A DNA stretch of 64,000 nucleotides from an uncultured Acidimicrobiales bacterium (lineage in GTDB: Bacteria; Actinomycetota; Acidimicrobiia; Acidimicrobiales; CAVXTF01), in assembly GCA_963701375.1 (NCBI GenBank), contig CAVOZT010000005.1, forward strand, positions 393,601 to 457,600, written 5' to 3'. Below, piece by piece: positions 36,184-46,151 of this stretch. The position numbers and the translations under genes were made by a program. Every line of letters begins with the position of its first letter. Position 1 is the stretch's first letter. The notes beneath the pieces were generated by a model that worked only from the letters and a program-made list of their open reading frames with translations, was not told where the DNA came from and ran no database searches.

Positions 36184-37047
36184 TTCTAGGCCAACGCGGG
36201 CATTGGGAAGATGTGCGGCTCACCTGCAGTCGCCGCCATCGCCTCGTTGCATTCTTTCTCGTCCATCGGGGACGCGCTCGCAGCTGAACGGAAGACCGCG
36301 GGCAGAAGCTCCAGATCGCCCGGAGTGCACAACGCGTGGACGCCCGGCACCGACAGGACGAACCGGATGTTGCGGTCGAGAACCTCTTCTCTGACGTACG
36401 GCTCGTACCAGGTGTCCGACGTGTGGGTCCGCTCGCCCCAGGGTCGGGCCGCTGCACTTGATGGCCATTACGCCGACGTTCCGAATCTCAGCTTCTTCGA
36501 GCAACTTCTCCGCAGAGCGGCGGTAGGCGGTATCGGCCCACAGACGCGGGTTGACGGGGAACATGACGGTGTCGAGGTCGTAACGGCGCAACGCCTCGAG
36601 GTGCGCCTCTGGCGCCGTCAGATTGTGGCCAGTTATCCCGACGAACCTGCAGAGTCCCTCGTCGCGCGAACGTAGGAGCACTTCGACGGCGCGGCCACGC
36701 GCTTCGAGCTCGTCGAGATCGGTGACAGCGTGAAGTTGATACAGGTCGAAGCTCTCGCAATGAAGAAGGCGAAGCGAGTTCTCGAGCTGAGCGCGTACAC
36801 CGTTTGGATCCTTGCGCTGCGTCTTGCATGCGACGAACAACCGGTCACGCGCCGCGCCGACCTAAGGCCCGAGGAGCTCTTCTGCGCTTCCGTAACGCGG
36901 GGCCACGTCGAGGTGGTTGACACCCGCGGCCAGCGCGGAGGCGAAGTACTCGGCAGCCTGTTCGGGGTTCGACCGCGCGAACGCCGCACCTCCGAGTATC
37001 GCGACCGAAGACTGGTGGCCCGTGCGTCCGAGGGTGCGCGTCTGCAT
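36184..37047 (-). pseudogene. aldo/keto reductase with an in-frame TAG and a frameshift
   Basis: MQTRTLGRTGHQSSVAILGGAAF...NHLDVAPRYGSAEELLGP*VGAARDRLFVACKT has a TAG at 36862-36864 where AKRs carry Trp. After ...NVGVMAIK the correct frame switches near 36445 to SAAARPWGERTHTSDTWYEPYVREEVLDRNIRFVLSVPGVHALCTPGD...* (own translation). Confidence 0.75.
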
Positions 37048-37105
37048 GGATCGAAAGTTAGACGTCTCCAGATGTTTGCGCTCGGGTCAGCGGGTGGCGC
37101 CCTTA

Positions 37106-38237
37106 TCAATTCGCAAAGCGCGCTGGTGACAGAGACGCAATCTGCTCTGGCACCGAACCCGATACAACGGATTCGGCGACCAGGGCGGCGGTGTAGGGCC
37201 CGAGGAGAAGGCCTTCCGTGCCGTGCCCCGTGGCCACGTGCACATTCGACCAGTCGGGCAGGCGGCCGAGGACCGGCCGGTCGTCCTTCGAGCTCGGGCG
37301 GAGCCCGACCCGAACCTCTGAGAAGGTCGCAGCGGCCAGCCCTGGAGCGGTGCGTAATCCCTCGCGAAGCAGCTCGTGGATGCCGCCAGCGGTCGGTCTC
37401 GTGTCGAATCCGGCGCGTGCCTCGAGGGTTCCGCCACAGGCGATTCGGCCTCCCGGCCACGGGACCAGGTAGTGGCTCATGACAGGTTGAACTATCGGCC
37501 AGCTCGCGGTGTCGGCTCCGGGAAGCGTCATGTGGAGGATTTGGCCCTTCATCGGGCTGATGGGCAGGCGCGCTCCGAGCTGATCCGCGAACTGCGAGGA
37601 CCACGCGCCGCCGGCGATGACCACCTCTCCGGCCGAGAGCGGTCCGTCGGTGGTCGCGACCCCGAGAGCACGACCCTCGACGAGCTCGAGCGAGATCACT
37701 TCTCCGTCCACGCTTCGAAGTCCCCGACTTCGGGCGGCGACCGATATCGCCTCGGTCGCCCTCCTCCCGTCTATGCGCGCCGCAATTGGGTTGAATAGGG
37801 CCGAACGCACCAGTCCGAGCGGGGAACGCGCTGACCGCCTCATCGGGACCGATCTCGGTCACGACTCCCGGCGTACGGCGGGCAGCGAGCGCGGCCCCTG
37901 CGGCGAACCACTCGTCTTCGCCCTCGGAGGTGGAGATTCGAATCAGCCCGCACACCTCGACTCCCGTCCCTCCGGCGCCATCCTCGGCCACCCGTTCGCT
38001 GAGAATGCCGTGATGTTCCCCGGCGGACCGGGCGAGCGTCGCCCAAGCGTCGTCGGGGTCTAGGAACGTCTCGGGTGACAGGATTCCAGCCCCGGCGTCG
38101 GTGGCCCTGCCCTCGTGGTGCCGATCGACCAGCGCGACGTCGAGACCCCGCGTGACCAGCTCGTACGAGAGCGCCATGCCCACGAGACCACCACCGACCA
38201 CCACGACATCGGAGGACCGCTTGCCGGCTCCAGCCAC
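37106..38237 (-). pseudogene. FAD-dependent oxidoreductase (DAO / glycine oxidase-like), frameshifted near 37840
   Basis: The N-terminus DVVVVGGGLVGMALSYELVTRGLDVALVDR (ORF 36633..38237) loses homology after ...DEAVSAFP. ORF 37106..37843 in another frame continues LGLVRSALFNPIAARIDGRRATEAI...VVIAGGAWSS...VATGHGTEGLLLGP. Confidence 0.75.
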
Positions 38238-38328
38238 TCGCCCGACGGTAGCGCCGCGTCGACCGTACAGTCGCCAAAATCTGTTACACTCCCAAAACGT
38301 AAGTGTGTAATCAAGAAATCAAGATCGA

Positions 38329-38985
38329 ATGGAGTTAAGAATGAGACACGGAGGATTCGCCCCAGGTCGCGGGCGAGGTGGTCCGAGGCGCATGAGGGGC
38401 CGTTACGGCCCTGCGCGCGAACAGAGGACGACCGCCGAGCAGCGCCAGCAGATCAAGGCATGGTTCACGGGGCGCCTGCCAGACGGTTGGTACAAGGGAA
38501 CACCGCAGGTCACGGTCGACGACGACGAGATTCTGATCGTCGGGACGCTGCCGGACCTGACGTTGGAGAAGGACACATCTGACGAAGACCGGCGCACTGC
38601 CGAGCAGGCACGCGTCACGCGCTTTCGCGAGGACACCCGCGAGGAGCGCATGCGCATAGCCGACGAGGCTCAGAACTCGTTCAACCGTCACGTGTCGTGG
38701 GGAGCGAGTGTCGGGGAGACCGACGAGCGGTTCACCACGGCGAGCGTGCCGGTCATGACGAGGCTCCGCATCGACGAGCGCCAAGTTCTCGACACGCTGA
38801 TCGACGCCGGCGTCGCCCGGAGCCGGAGCGAGGCTCTGGCGTGGTGCGTACGGTTGGTCGGCGACAACGAGTCGAGTTGGATCGCAGACCTGCGTTCGGC
38901 GTTCGAGCAGGTAGAGCGCGTCAGGGCACAAGGGCCGTCTTCTGAAGCCGGCCCCGCGGCCGAGGACAAGGGGTCTACCTCTTAA
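38329..38985 (+). CDS. conserved hypothetical protein with RHH-like C-terminal region
   Basis: 218 aa. It has an R/G-rich N-terminus, then QQIKAWFTGRLPDGWYKGTPQVTVDDDEILIVG, then ERQVLDTLIDAGVARSRSEALAWCVRLV. No enzyme motif was found. Confidence 0.45.
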   Translation: MELRMRHGGFAPGRGRGGPRRMRGRYGPAREQRTTAEQRQQIKAWFTGRLPDGWYKGTPQVTVDDDEILIVGTLPDLTLEKDTSDEDRRTAEQARVTRFREDTREERMRIADEAQNSFNRHVSWGASVGETDERFTTASVPVMTRLRIDERQVLDTLIDAGVARSRSEALAWCVRLVGDNESSWIADLRSAFEQVERVRAQGPSSEAGPAAEDKGSTS

Positions 38986-39023
38986 CCATCTCGGTTTTGC
39001 GACGCGAGTGGGTCGGCGGGAGC

Positions 39024-40031
39024 TCAGGCGTCTCGTGTGGCGGCGCGCCATGCTCCGAGCGCCAGCCATCCCGCGACCCACGCGGTGATCACGATCGCCA
39101 GGCCGAACACCGGCATGGGCGGTATTCCCAACAGACTTCCCATGTCGCCTCCACCGCCCCCACCGCCGCCGATGCCGATCAGGCCGGAGGGTTCGAGTTG
39201 CGCCATCGCCACGCCGACGAACGCGCGCTGAAGGTTGACGAGGTGCGGGATGTTCACCCCGCTCAAAAGAGGCGTGAGTATCAGCTGCATCGCGATCAGG
39301 ACTGCGATGGTCGCCGACCTCGATCCGGTCAATGAGCCGAGACCGAGACCGATCACGAACGCCACCACGACCTGAAGCATCAACCAGAGTCCGACGAGCA
39401 CCATCAGATGGATCGACGGTGCGGCCGGTTCCAGGACGACGTGCGGGAGGACGGTTATGCCCCCGTGGCTGGATGTCGCCGCCTTGATACCTGCCAGTGT
39501 TTGGATACTGCCGCTCGGTGAGAAGTAGGAGGCCACTACCGCCTCGATCGCGTATGCGAAAGCAGTGATCGGGATGATGAGCATCAGTCCCGCAGGAACT
39601 TTGGCGATGAACAGGGCGAGGCGCGAACGGCCGGTCGCTACGAGGTGGCGGAACACCCCGTCGGACAGATCGGTCGATCCCGCGGCGGCACCAACCAGCA
39701 CGGCGGAGATCCCGAAGAGCTGGATGAACGCGAGGCTGAGCCCCCTGAACTTGCGCAATCCGCCGGCAGGCCCGTAGGTGTTCGGGTCCGCGGCGTGCAG
39801 GATCAGGAATATCGCATCGATCACGACGAGGATGCCGAGCGACAGTATGAGCACCGCGACTATCAGGCCGCGCCGCTTGCGAAGCTCGAGCAGCTTGGAG
39901 GAGATGAGCCTCCAGGGAGGCACGATCGATCCCCGCGGGTCGCGTCCTACGGCGACGGGCCTTCGTGGCGACGGCGCAACGGTGGCCACGGTGTCGACCG
40001 CCCCGGCCTGAGGTGTGCCAGCGTCGCTCAT
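39024..40031 (-). CDS. ABC-2 type transporter permease
   Basis: The ATG at 40031 overlaps the ATPase stop (ATGA). It has six hydrophobic segments and a G-rich loop (GGGGGGGD). Confidence 0.65.
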   Translation of the reverse strand: MSDAGTPQAGAVDTVATVAPSPRRPVAVGRDPRGSIVPPWRLISSKLLELRKRRGLIVAVLILSLGILVVIDAIFLILHAADPNTYGPAGGLRKFRGLSLAFIQLFGISAVLVGAAAGSTDLSDGVFRHLVATGRSRLALFIAKVPAGLMLIIPITAFAYAIEAVVASYFSPSGSIQTLAGIKAATSSHGGITVLPHVVLEPAAPSIHLMVLVGLWLMLQVVVAFVIGLGLGSLTGSRSATIAVLIAMQLILTPLLSGVNIPHLVNLQRAFVGVAMAQLEPSGLIGIGGGGGGGGDMGSLLGIPPMPVFGLAIVITAWVAGWLALGAWRAATRDA

Positions 40032-41095
40032 GACGTGGACCCTGGCCCTTCCTCGGTGCCCGGCGCGCCGAGTCGAGTGGTCACCGACAGGAACCAATCC
40101 TCGAGCGATGCGCGAACCGGCTGAAGCCGGTAGACCGAAACGCCCTCTGCGACGAGGCGCCGGTTGATCTCTGCCACGTGATCACGGGACGATCCGGCGG
40201 TGAGCGTCACCCCGAGCCCCTGCGGCCCGGCCTGAATCCCGGCCACGACGGGGACGCCCGCCACCTCGCGGATTGCCGCAACCACCTGGTGAGCGCGCTC
40301 CACCTGGTCGCATTCGATCTGGAGCCCTACCGTCGTTGCCTGGAGGAGCTCGTCGATCGTTCCCTGACGAACGATCCGGCCCCGATCGACGATCGCCACC
40401 GCGTCACACGTCCGCTGGATCTCGTCGAGAAGGTGTGACGAGAGCACGACGGTCCGTCCTTCGCTCACGAAATCGAGGATCATCTGTCGCATCTCGCGCA
40501 TGCCCGCCGGATCGAGGCCGTTCATCGGCTCGTCGAGCACGAGTAGCTCGGGATCCCCGAGGAGGCAGGCGGCCACACCGAGTCGCTGGCGCATACCCAT
40601 CGAGTAGCGCGAGACCCGGTCATCGGCCCTCTCGGCAAGCCCGACGCGCTCTAGAGCGGGCCCGATGCGGCTCCTAGCTTCGGGTTCGCGAGCGGACGCG
40701 ATCACAATCAGGTTCTGGCGACCGGTCAGGTGGCGGTGGAATCGCGGCTCGTCAACGATCGCGCCCACTCGTGCTAGAGCGGTTGCACGTTGCTCCGGGA
40801 CGGGTAGGCCGAGAAGCGCCATCGAGCCCGCGTTTGCGCGGGTCAGTCCGAGAAGTAGTCGGATGAGCGTGGTCTTCCCCGCCCCGTTCGGACCGAGGTA
40901 GCCAAAAGCGCTACCACGTGGCACCTTCAGGTCCACCGAGTTGACGACCGTGTTGGAGCCGAAGCGCTTGGTGAGACCCCGTGTCTCGACAGCGAGCGAT
41001 TCGTCCGGGTGACCGTCAGCGAAGCCGCGGTCGAGTGCGACTGATTTCGTTGCGATTGTCAAAGCGCTATCCAATCCCCCGGCCGACGTCTGCAA
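40028..41095 (-). CDS. ABC transporter ATP-binding protein
   Basis: Walker A is GPNGAGKTT, the signature is YSMGMRQRLGVA, and Walker B is LLVLDEPMNGLD. There is an extra ~100-aa C-terminal domain. The start is uncertain (41095 or the TTG at 41062). Confidence 0.85.
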   Translation of the reverse strand: MQTSAGGLDSALTIATKSVALDRGFADGHPDESLAVETRGLTKRFGSNTVVNSVDLKVPRGSAFGYLGPNGAGKTTLIRLLLGLTRANAGSMALLGLPVPEQRATALARVGAIVDEPRFHRHLTGRQNLIVIASAREPEARSRIGPALERVGLAERADDRVSRYSMGMRQRLGVAACLLGDPELLVLDEPMNGLDPAGMREMRQMILDFVSEGRTVVLSSHLLDEIQRTCDAVAIVDRGRIVRQGTIDELLQATTVGLQIECDQVERAHQVVAAIREVAGVPVVAGIQAGPQGLGVTLTAGSSRDHVAEINRRLVAEGVSVYRLQPVRASLEDWFLSVTTRLGAPGTEEGPGSTS

Positions 41096-42635
41096 CGATC
41101 ACAGACGGTCCGGGTTCGGCGAACGATCGGGCGAGCATCGAAGTGAGGTCCTCGGAGCTTTCGGCGCGCTCGGCCGGAACTCCCATGCCGCGAGCGAGCG
41201 AAACGAAGTCGAGAGGTGGCGGGTCGAGCGCAAGCATGGACTTCGCGACGGGACCGGCAGCCTCTGCGCCGACCCTCGACAGCTCGAGCTCCAATATCGC
41301 GTAGGAGCGATTCTCCAAGATGACGGTCGTCACGTCGAGGGATTCGCGCGCCTGCGTCCACCATGACTGGAGCGTGTACATCGCGCTCCCGTCCGCCTCG
41401 AGACAGACCACCCTGCGGTCCGGAGCTGCGACTGCCGCACCCGTGCCAACGGGAAGGCCCTGCCCGATCGCTCCGCCAGTTAGGCACAACCACTCGTGCG
41501 GCGGGCAACCCACGGTCGCGCCGGACATGTAGATGCCGGCTGTGTTGGATTCGTCCGACACGATCGCACCCTCGGGGAGGGTCGCACCGATTGCATCGGC
41601 GACGGACCTGGCGGTGAGCGGCCCGGTGGGGGGCGCCGGCCGCTGTTCGGCGGCACCAACTGCGCCGCGGGGTGCGCCGACGAGATCCGCCAAGGATTCG
41701 AGAGCGGCCGGTGCGTCTTCCGGACCCGCAGCGAGCACGTACACGGCGCACCCAGGTGGTACGAGGTCACTCGGCTTTTCCGGGTAGGCGAAGAAAGAGA
41801 CCGGGGAGGCGGTGTCGACGAGGACTAGGGTCGTCACCCCTTCGAGTTGCATGGCGGCGAGCTCGGCGAAGTAACCGAGACGCTCCACCTCCGGGATTCC
41901 TGCGCCTCGTTCGAGCACTGCGGGGAATGTCTCGCACAGCAGCTTGGCGCCGGTCGCCTCGGCGACGCGGGTTGCCGCGACAAGGCCTCTATGTCGTGTG
42001 GCGGTGCCCCCCACCATGAGAGCAGCGCGCCCGGGCGCTCGAAGTGCTTTCGCGACCGCCTCGACGGTGCCGAATTCGACCTCCGAGTACGCAACGGCAG
42101 GCTTGCGCCTCCCGGGACCGACGGAGGGTTCCTTGGCATCGAGCCACGACAGGTCTGCCGGGACGATGAGCGTAGCGACGCGACGCGGCGGCCCCCAAGC
42201 TGCGTCGAGGGCGGATTCGACGTCGGCTCCGAGGTCGTCGAGCTCGGCGCATCGGTGCACCCAGCCCGACATCGGGGAAGCAAGCGACTCGATGTCGGAT
42301 TCGAGAGGAGCGTCGAATCGCTTGTGGTAAGTCGCATGATCGCCCACCAGGTTCACGATCGGCGTCTTGGCGCGCCTCGCGTTGTGGAGGTTGGCGAGAC
42401 CGTTGGCGAGGCCGGGTCCTAGGTGCAGCAGTGTGGCGGCCGGTTTCCCGGCGATCCTTCCGTACCCGTCGGCCGCACCGGTCACTACTCCCTCGAACAA
42501 GCCGAGAACACCTCGCATCTCGGGGACGCTGTCGAGAGCGGCGACGAAGTGCATCTCGGAGGTACCGGGGTTGGCGAAAGTCACGCCGACGCCGTTCGCG
42601 ACGAGGGTGGAGATAACGAGCTCCGCTCCTTTCAC
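41067..42635 (-). CDS. thiamine-diphosphate-binding enzyme (acetolactate synthase large-subunit-like)
   Basis: 522 aa. Contains MKGAELVISTLVANGVGVTFANPGTSEMHFVAAL, LHLGPGLANGLANLHNARRAKTPIVNLVG and EADGSAMYTLQSWWTQ. The GTGA start overlaps the upstream gene. Confidence 0.85.
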   Translation of the reverse strand: MKGAELVISTLVANGVGVTFANPGTSEMHFVAALDSVPEMRGVLGLFEGVVTGAADGYGRIAGKPAATLLHLGPGLANGLANLHNARRAKTPIVNLVGDHATYHKRFDAPLESDIESLASPMSGWVHRCAELDDLGADVESALDAAWGPPRRVATLIVPADLSWLDAKEPSVGPGRRKPAVAYSEVEFGTVEAVAKALRAPGRAALMVGGTATRHRGLVAATRVAEATGAKLLCETFPAVLERGAGIPEVERLGYFAELAAMQLEGVTTLVLVDTASPVSFFAYPEKPSDLVPPGCAVYVLAAGPEDAPAALESLADLVGAPRGAVGAAEQRPAPPTGPLTARSVADAIGATLPEGAIVSDESNTAGIYMSGATVGCPPHEWLCLTGGAIGQGLPVGTGAAVAAPDRRVVCLEADGSAMYTLQSWWTQARESLDVTTVILENRSYAILELELSRVGAEAAGPVAKSMLALDPPPLDFVSLARGMGVPAERAESSEDLTSMLARSFAEPGPSVIVADVGRGIG

Positions 42636-44080
42636 CGGGATCGGCTCACAATGCCGCCGCCTCTGAGGAGAGCGCGACCCTCGCGGAGTCCGGTCGGGAT
42701 GAGGGAAGGCCGGGAAGGTTCCCCGGTCCCGAGAATTCCGTTCGGGTCGAACGCCTGCTTCACCCTCTGCATGAGAGCGATCGCCACGGGGTCAGCCATT
42801 TCCAGAAAGAACTTGGCCTTGGCCCGCCCGAGACCGTGCTCACCGGAGATTGCTCCTCCTGCCTCCACACCTTCCGCGAGAAGCTCGCGCACCAATGATT
42901 CGCGGATCGCGGGGTCGGGTTGGAACACCGTCAGGTGGACGTTCCCGTCACCGGCGTGCCCGCATCCGACCACGAGCGAGTTGTACTTGCCGGCGAGTGC
43001 CCCGGCCATCGCAAGATAGGCAGCTATCGCGGCGCGAGGGATGACGACGTTGACGATGTCGTTAGAGCCGGCCGCCTTTGCGACGAAGAACGCTCGCTCC
43101 CGCGCCTTTATCAGTTGCTCTCCGGCAGTAGGCGGCAGGACGAAAACGTCGATCGCGCCGAGCGAGTCGAGCAATGTGGCAACGACCTCGGCGTCCTCCT
43201 CCACGCGCTCCAGGCGCGAGCCCTCGAGAACGACCACTAGGTACGCAGCCGTGGCGTTCTTGACCTCTTCAGAGATCCCGAGGTCGAGCCCCGCGGCCCG
43301 AGTGATTCCGGTCATGGTGATCTGGTCGATGTACTCGAGCATGAGAGGACCGGTCCCGCTCGAGACGATTCGGGGGACCGCCTCCGTGACTTCTTCGAGC
43401 GTCTTGAAAGGAGCGAGAAGCGTCGCACGATGCTCGAGCAATGGAGCCAGCTTTAGAGTGATCTCGGTTACGAGTGCGAGCGTTCCCTCGGATCCGATCA
43501 GAATCTGGGTGAGGTCGTAACCGGTCGACGACTTGACGAACTTGCCCCCCGTGCGGATCACGTCGCCGCTTGCCAGCACCGCCTCGAGGCCGAGAACGTG
43601 ATGGCGCGTCACTCCGTACTTGACCGCACGCATCCCTCCGGCGTTCGTCCCGACGTTGCCACCGAGGGTCGCGCTGCTCTCGCCGGGGAACACGGGATAG
43701 ACGAAACCGCGCGGAGCGAGCGCTTCGTTCAGCTGGCCGAGGGTCACGCCCGGTTGCACGACCGCAACGTGATTCGCGGCATCGATCTCGATTATTGCGT
43801 CCATCCGCTCGAACGAGATGACGATGCCGTCGGGCGTGGGTGTGCAGCCTCCTGACAGCCCCGTGGCAGCACCGCGCGCCGTCACACCAACGCGTTGCTC
43901 GTCGCACGCTCGAAGGATGCCGGCGACCTCGCCGGTGGATGCGGGGCACACGACTGCGAGGGGGACCACGCCGCCTACGGTGAGGCACTCGTCATGGGTG
44001 TGATCTTCCGGAATCGCGTCACCGACGCTGACGTGCTGCTCACCGACGATCCCGATCACGACCTCGATGATGTCGCCCAT
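42632..44080 (-). CDS. FAD-linked oxidase (GlcD / D-lactate dehydrogenase-like)
   Basis: ATG at 44080 inside ORF 42632..44848. Contains GVTARGAATGLSGG, GESSATLGGNVGTNAGG, GYDLTQILIGSEGTLALVTEITLKL, GHAGDGNVH and GEHGLGRAKAKF. Confidence 0.85.
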   Translation of the reverse strand: MGDIIEVVIGIVGEQHVSVGDAIPEDHTHDECLTVGGVVPLAVVCPASTGEVAGILRACDEQRVGVTARGAATGLSGGCTPTPDGIVISFERMDAIIEIDAANHVAVVQPGVTLGQLNEALAPRGFVYPVFPGESSATLGGNVGTNAGGMRAVKYGVTRHHVLGLEAVLASGDVIRTGGKFVKSSTGYDLTQILIGSEGTLALVTEITLKLAPLLEHRATLLAPFKTLEEVTEAVPRIVSSGTGPLMLEYIDQITMTGITRAAGLDLGISEEVKNATAAYLVVVLEGSRLERVEEDAEVVATLLDSLGAIDVFVLPPTAGEQLIKARERAFFVAKAAGSNDIVNVVIPRAAIAAYLAMAGALAGKYNSLVVGCGHAGDGNVHLTVFQPDPAIRESLVRELLAEGVEAGGAISGEHGLGRAKAKFFLEMADPVAIALMQRVKQAFDPNGILGTGEPSRPSLIPTGLREGRALLRGGGIVSRSR

Positions 44081-44166
44081 CCCAACCTTTCCCCAGCGGG
44101 TCGATCCTTCACCCGGCGGTCGCTCCCACAGTAGGCGCGACGACCGGAGAGGCTGACCCGGGGCTC

Positions 44167-45636
44167 TCAAGCCTGGTAGCCGGCGGTGGGAGGCGCAGGC
44201 GCCTGGCCCCTCATCCATCTTGCGGGGCCGGCGACCTGCCTCGCCGTGCGCGCCCTCTCTGCTTGCACGTCGAGCATGGAACGACCCTCGGACGAGTCTC
44301 GGTGTGCGGCGCGCACACGGACCGGTCCGCGCGTCGAGTCGAGATGCAACGTGACGAGTCCGAAGACTCTCTGCCAGGGGCCCGCTCTCAGATGCACACT
44401 CTGCGTCCTGGCGTTCGGTACGACGTCGATCGTGGGCGCCAGCAGTCCGTGGCGGCTGACGAACACCTGCTCGTTGCTTCCCGCGTGCATTGCGCGCCAC
44501 CACAGCGGTGAGCAAAGCGCGGCGCGTCGCGGCGGGCGTGTCACTTGAACTGAGTCGAGCTGCACACCCCCGAGGACGTATTCGACGAGATTGCGTGCTA
44601 CGTGCAGAGGTGCGACGGGCAGGAGCGTCCGGCTCGAGAACTGCGAGCGACCGACGACGCCCGCCACGTTCATGTGCACCGTCGCCCACCCGAAGGGCCG
44701 CCAGAAAAGCGGTTGCCGGACCCGAAGAGCCTGGATTCTCCCAGGCGGCACCGTCTGCGCCCTCGTGGAGAGAAGACCAGAGCGAAGACGCAGGCCGTCG
44801 GGTGAGTCGGCCACGGTGAATTGCCACGAGGCGTTTAGCCGGCGCCAAACGTCTCCTCCGACCACGAACAGAAGCGGGATGAACGTGACCAGGCCGACGC
44901 CGACGGCAGTCGAGGATCCGGATCGGTCTCCGGCGGTCAGGGCTGCGACGACCGGAACCACGAAGAGCAGCACTCCGCGAATCGAGGCGAGATCGAGAAG
45001 CGTGGAGCCGATGAGCGCCCCCGGCGACACGACGACAAGCGGCCGCTCTGGTGCCTCTGCGACACCCGGACCCAGTCCTGCCGCGCGGCCGAGCAGCTCG
45101 GCGCGCAATTGTTGTGCGGTGTCCGACGGGAGGTAGCGGAGTCTCACGGATGTGTGCTCGGTCCCACCAGTTGTCAGGCGCAGCTCCGCCAGACCGAAGA
45201 TGCGCGCGACGAGAGGACGGAGCACGTCGACGCTCTGGAGCCGGTCGAGCCTGAGACGCTTCGACTGGCGACGAAGAAGTCCCGAGTCGACTCGCAGTTC
45301 CCCTTGCTCAACGCGATAGCGCGTCACGAGCCAAGAGACGACCCCGCCGAGCATGACGACGAGAGCGATCGCTCCGTATATGGCAATCGTGATCCCGCCT
45401 CCGTTGGATTTGCCGCTCGACGACCGGAGATTTGCGATCGCAACGAAGATAAGGACGCCTACGAGGCGCGCACCGGTGACCAGAGGGGTGAGCGGGTGCA
45501 GCCGGTGAAAGCCGCCGTGCAATTGGCCCGAATGATCCATCCCCGAAGGCGCGGGTGGTGGCGGAGCCAGAGGCGGCGGCGAGAAACCGGGCGGCGGTGG
45601 CGGAGGGAAACCCTCGCGGTCAGAGTCCGGCCGCAT
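44167..45636 (-). CDS. YdbT-like membrane protein with repeated bacterial PH (bPH_2/DUF304) domains
   Basis: 489 aa. It has a Pro-rich N-terminus and TM hairpins alternating with three RLxLDRLQSVDV / RIQALRVRQ-type bPH modules. Confidence 0.65.
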   Translation of the reverse strand: MRPDSDREGFPPPPPPGFSPPPLAPPPPAPSGMDHSGQLHGGFHRLHPLTPLVTGARLVGVLIFVAIANLRSSSGKSNGGGITIAIYGAIALVVMLGGVVSWLVTRYRVEQGELRVDSGLLRRQSKRLRLDRLQSVDVLRPLVARIFGLAELRLTTGGTEHTSVRLRYLPSDTAQQLRAELLGRAAGLGPGVAEAPERPLVVVSPGALIGSTLLDLASIRGVLLFVVPVVAALTAGDRSGSSTAVGVGLVTFIPLLFVVGGDVWRRLNASWQFTVADSPDGLRLRSGLLSTRAQTVPPGRIQALRVRQPLFWRPFGWATVHMNVAGVVGRSQFSSRTLLPVAPLHVARNLVEYVLGGVQLDSVQVTRPPRRAALCSPLWWRAMHAGSNEQVFVSRHGLLAPTIDVVPNARTQSVHLRAGPWQRVFGLVTLHLDSTRGPVRVRAAHRDSSEGRSMLDVQAERARTARQVAGPARWMRGQAPAPPTAGYQA

Positions 45637-46123
45637 GGGCCTCGCCGAGAGCAGCGAGCCGGTCGCGCAACATGCCGGCGTCGTCAGGCCTCAACCCGCG
45701 TATCCGGGCGTCGGTGGAGGCTGCAGCGGTGTGCAATTTCACGTTCACCAGTCCGAAGGAACGCTCGATCGGACCCGCGACCACGTCGACGAGTTGCATG
45801 CGGCCATAGGGGACGACGACGAGGGTCTTGAAGAGTGCGCCGTGCACCACGAGCAGATCGTCGAGCCGCTCCGCGTACCCCCACGACCGCCAGTTGCGAC
45901 CGATCATCCACCACGTCCAGACAAGTAGTGCGATCGTGCCGGCTCCGACGCCGATCGAAGCCGCGGTGCTCACGGTCGCGAGCCCGGCGGCGACCCCACC
46001 ACCGACGACGAGCAGGAATACCGACACCATCACCCTGCGCATCGAGCGCAAGCGCGGTGACACGGGGGTCCACGAGGTTCCGGGAGGCGCCTCGAACGCT
46101 CCCACCTGTGCGACGCCCCCCAT
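45620..46123 (-). CDS. YdbS-like PH-domain membrane protein
   Basis: ATG at 46123 inside ORF 45620..46231. It has two TM helices, then VVPYGRMQLVDVVAGPIERSFGLVNVKLHTA. It overlaps the YdbT-like gene by 17 nt. Confidence 0.6.
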   Translation of the reverse strand: MGGVAQVGAFEAPPGTSWTPVSPRLRSMRRVMVSVFLLVVGGGVAAGLATVSTAASIGVGAGTIALLVWTWWMIGRNWRSWGYAERLDDLLVVHGALFKTLVVVPYGRMQLVDVVAGPIERSFGLVNVKLHTAAASTDARIRGLRPDDAGMLRDRLAALGEAHAAGL

Positions 46124-46151
46124 CGAGCCAGAGCGTACGTCGCTCAAGCGA

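Noticed and set aside
36633-37840. The C-terminal ~390 aa of the 534-aa ORF 36633..38237 (extremely R/P/G-rich).
   Set aside because: Homology to FAD oxidoreductases stops at ~37840 and resumes in another frame (ORF 37106..37843). The remainder is out-of-frame read-through across the DAO and AKR genes.
44081-44848. The N-terminal 256-aa extension of ORF 42632..44848.
   Set aside because: It is R/A-rich and lacks domains, and it overlaps the 3' end of the YdbT-like gene in another frame. The FAD-oxidase homology begins at MGDIIEVV (ATG at 44080).
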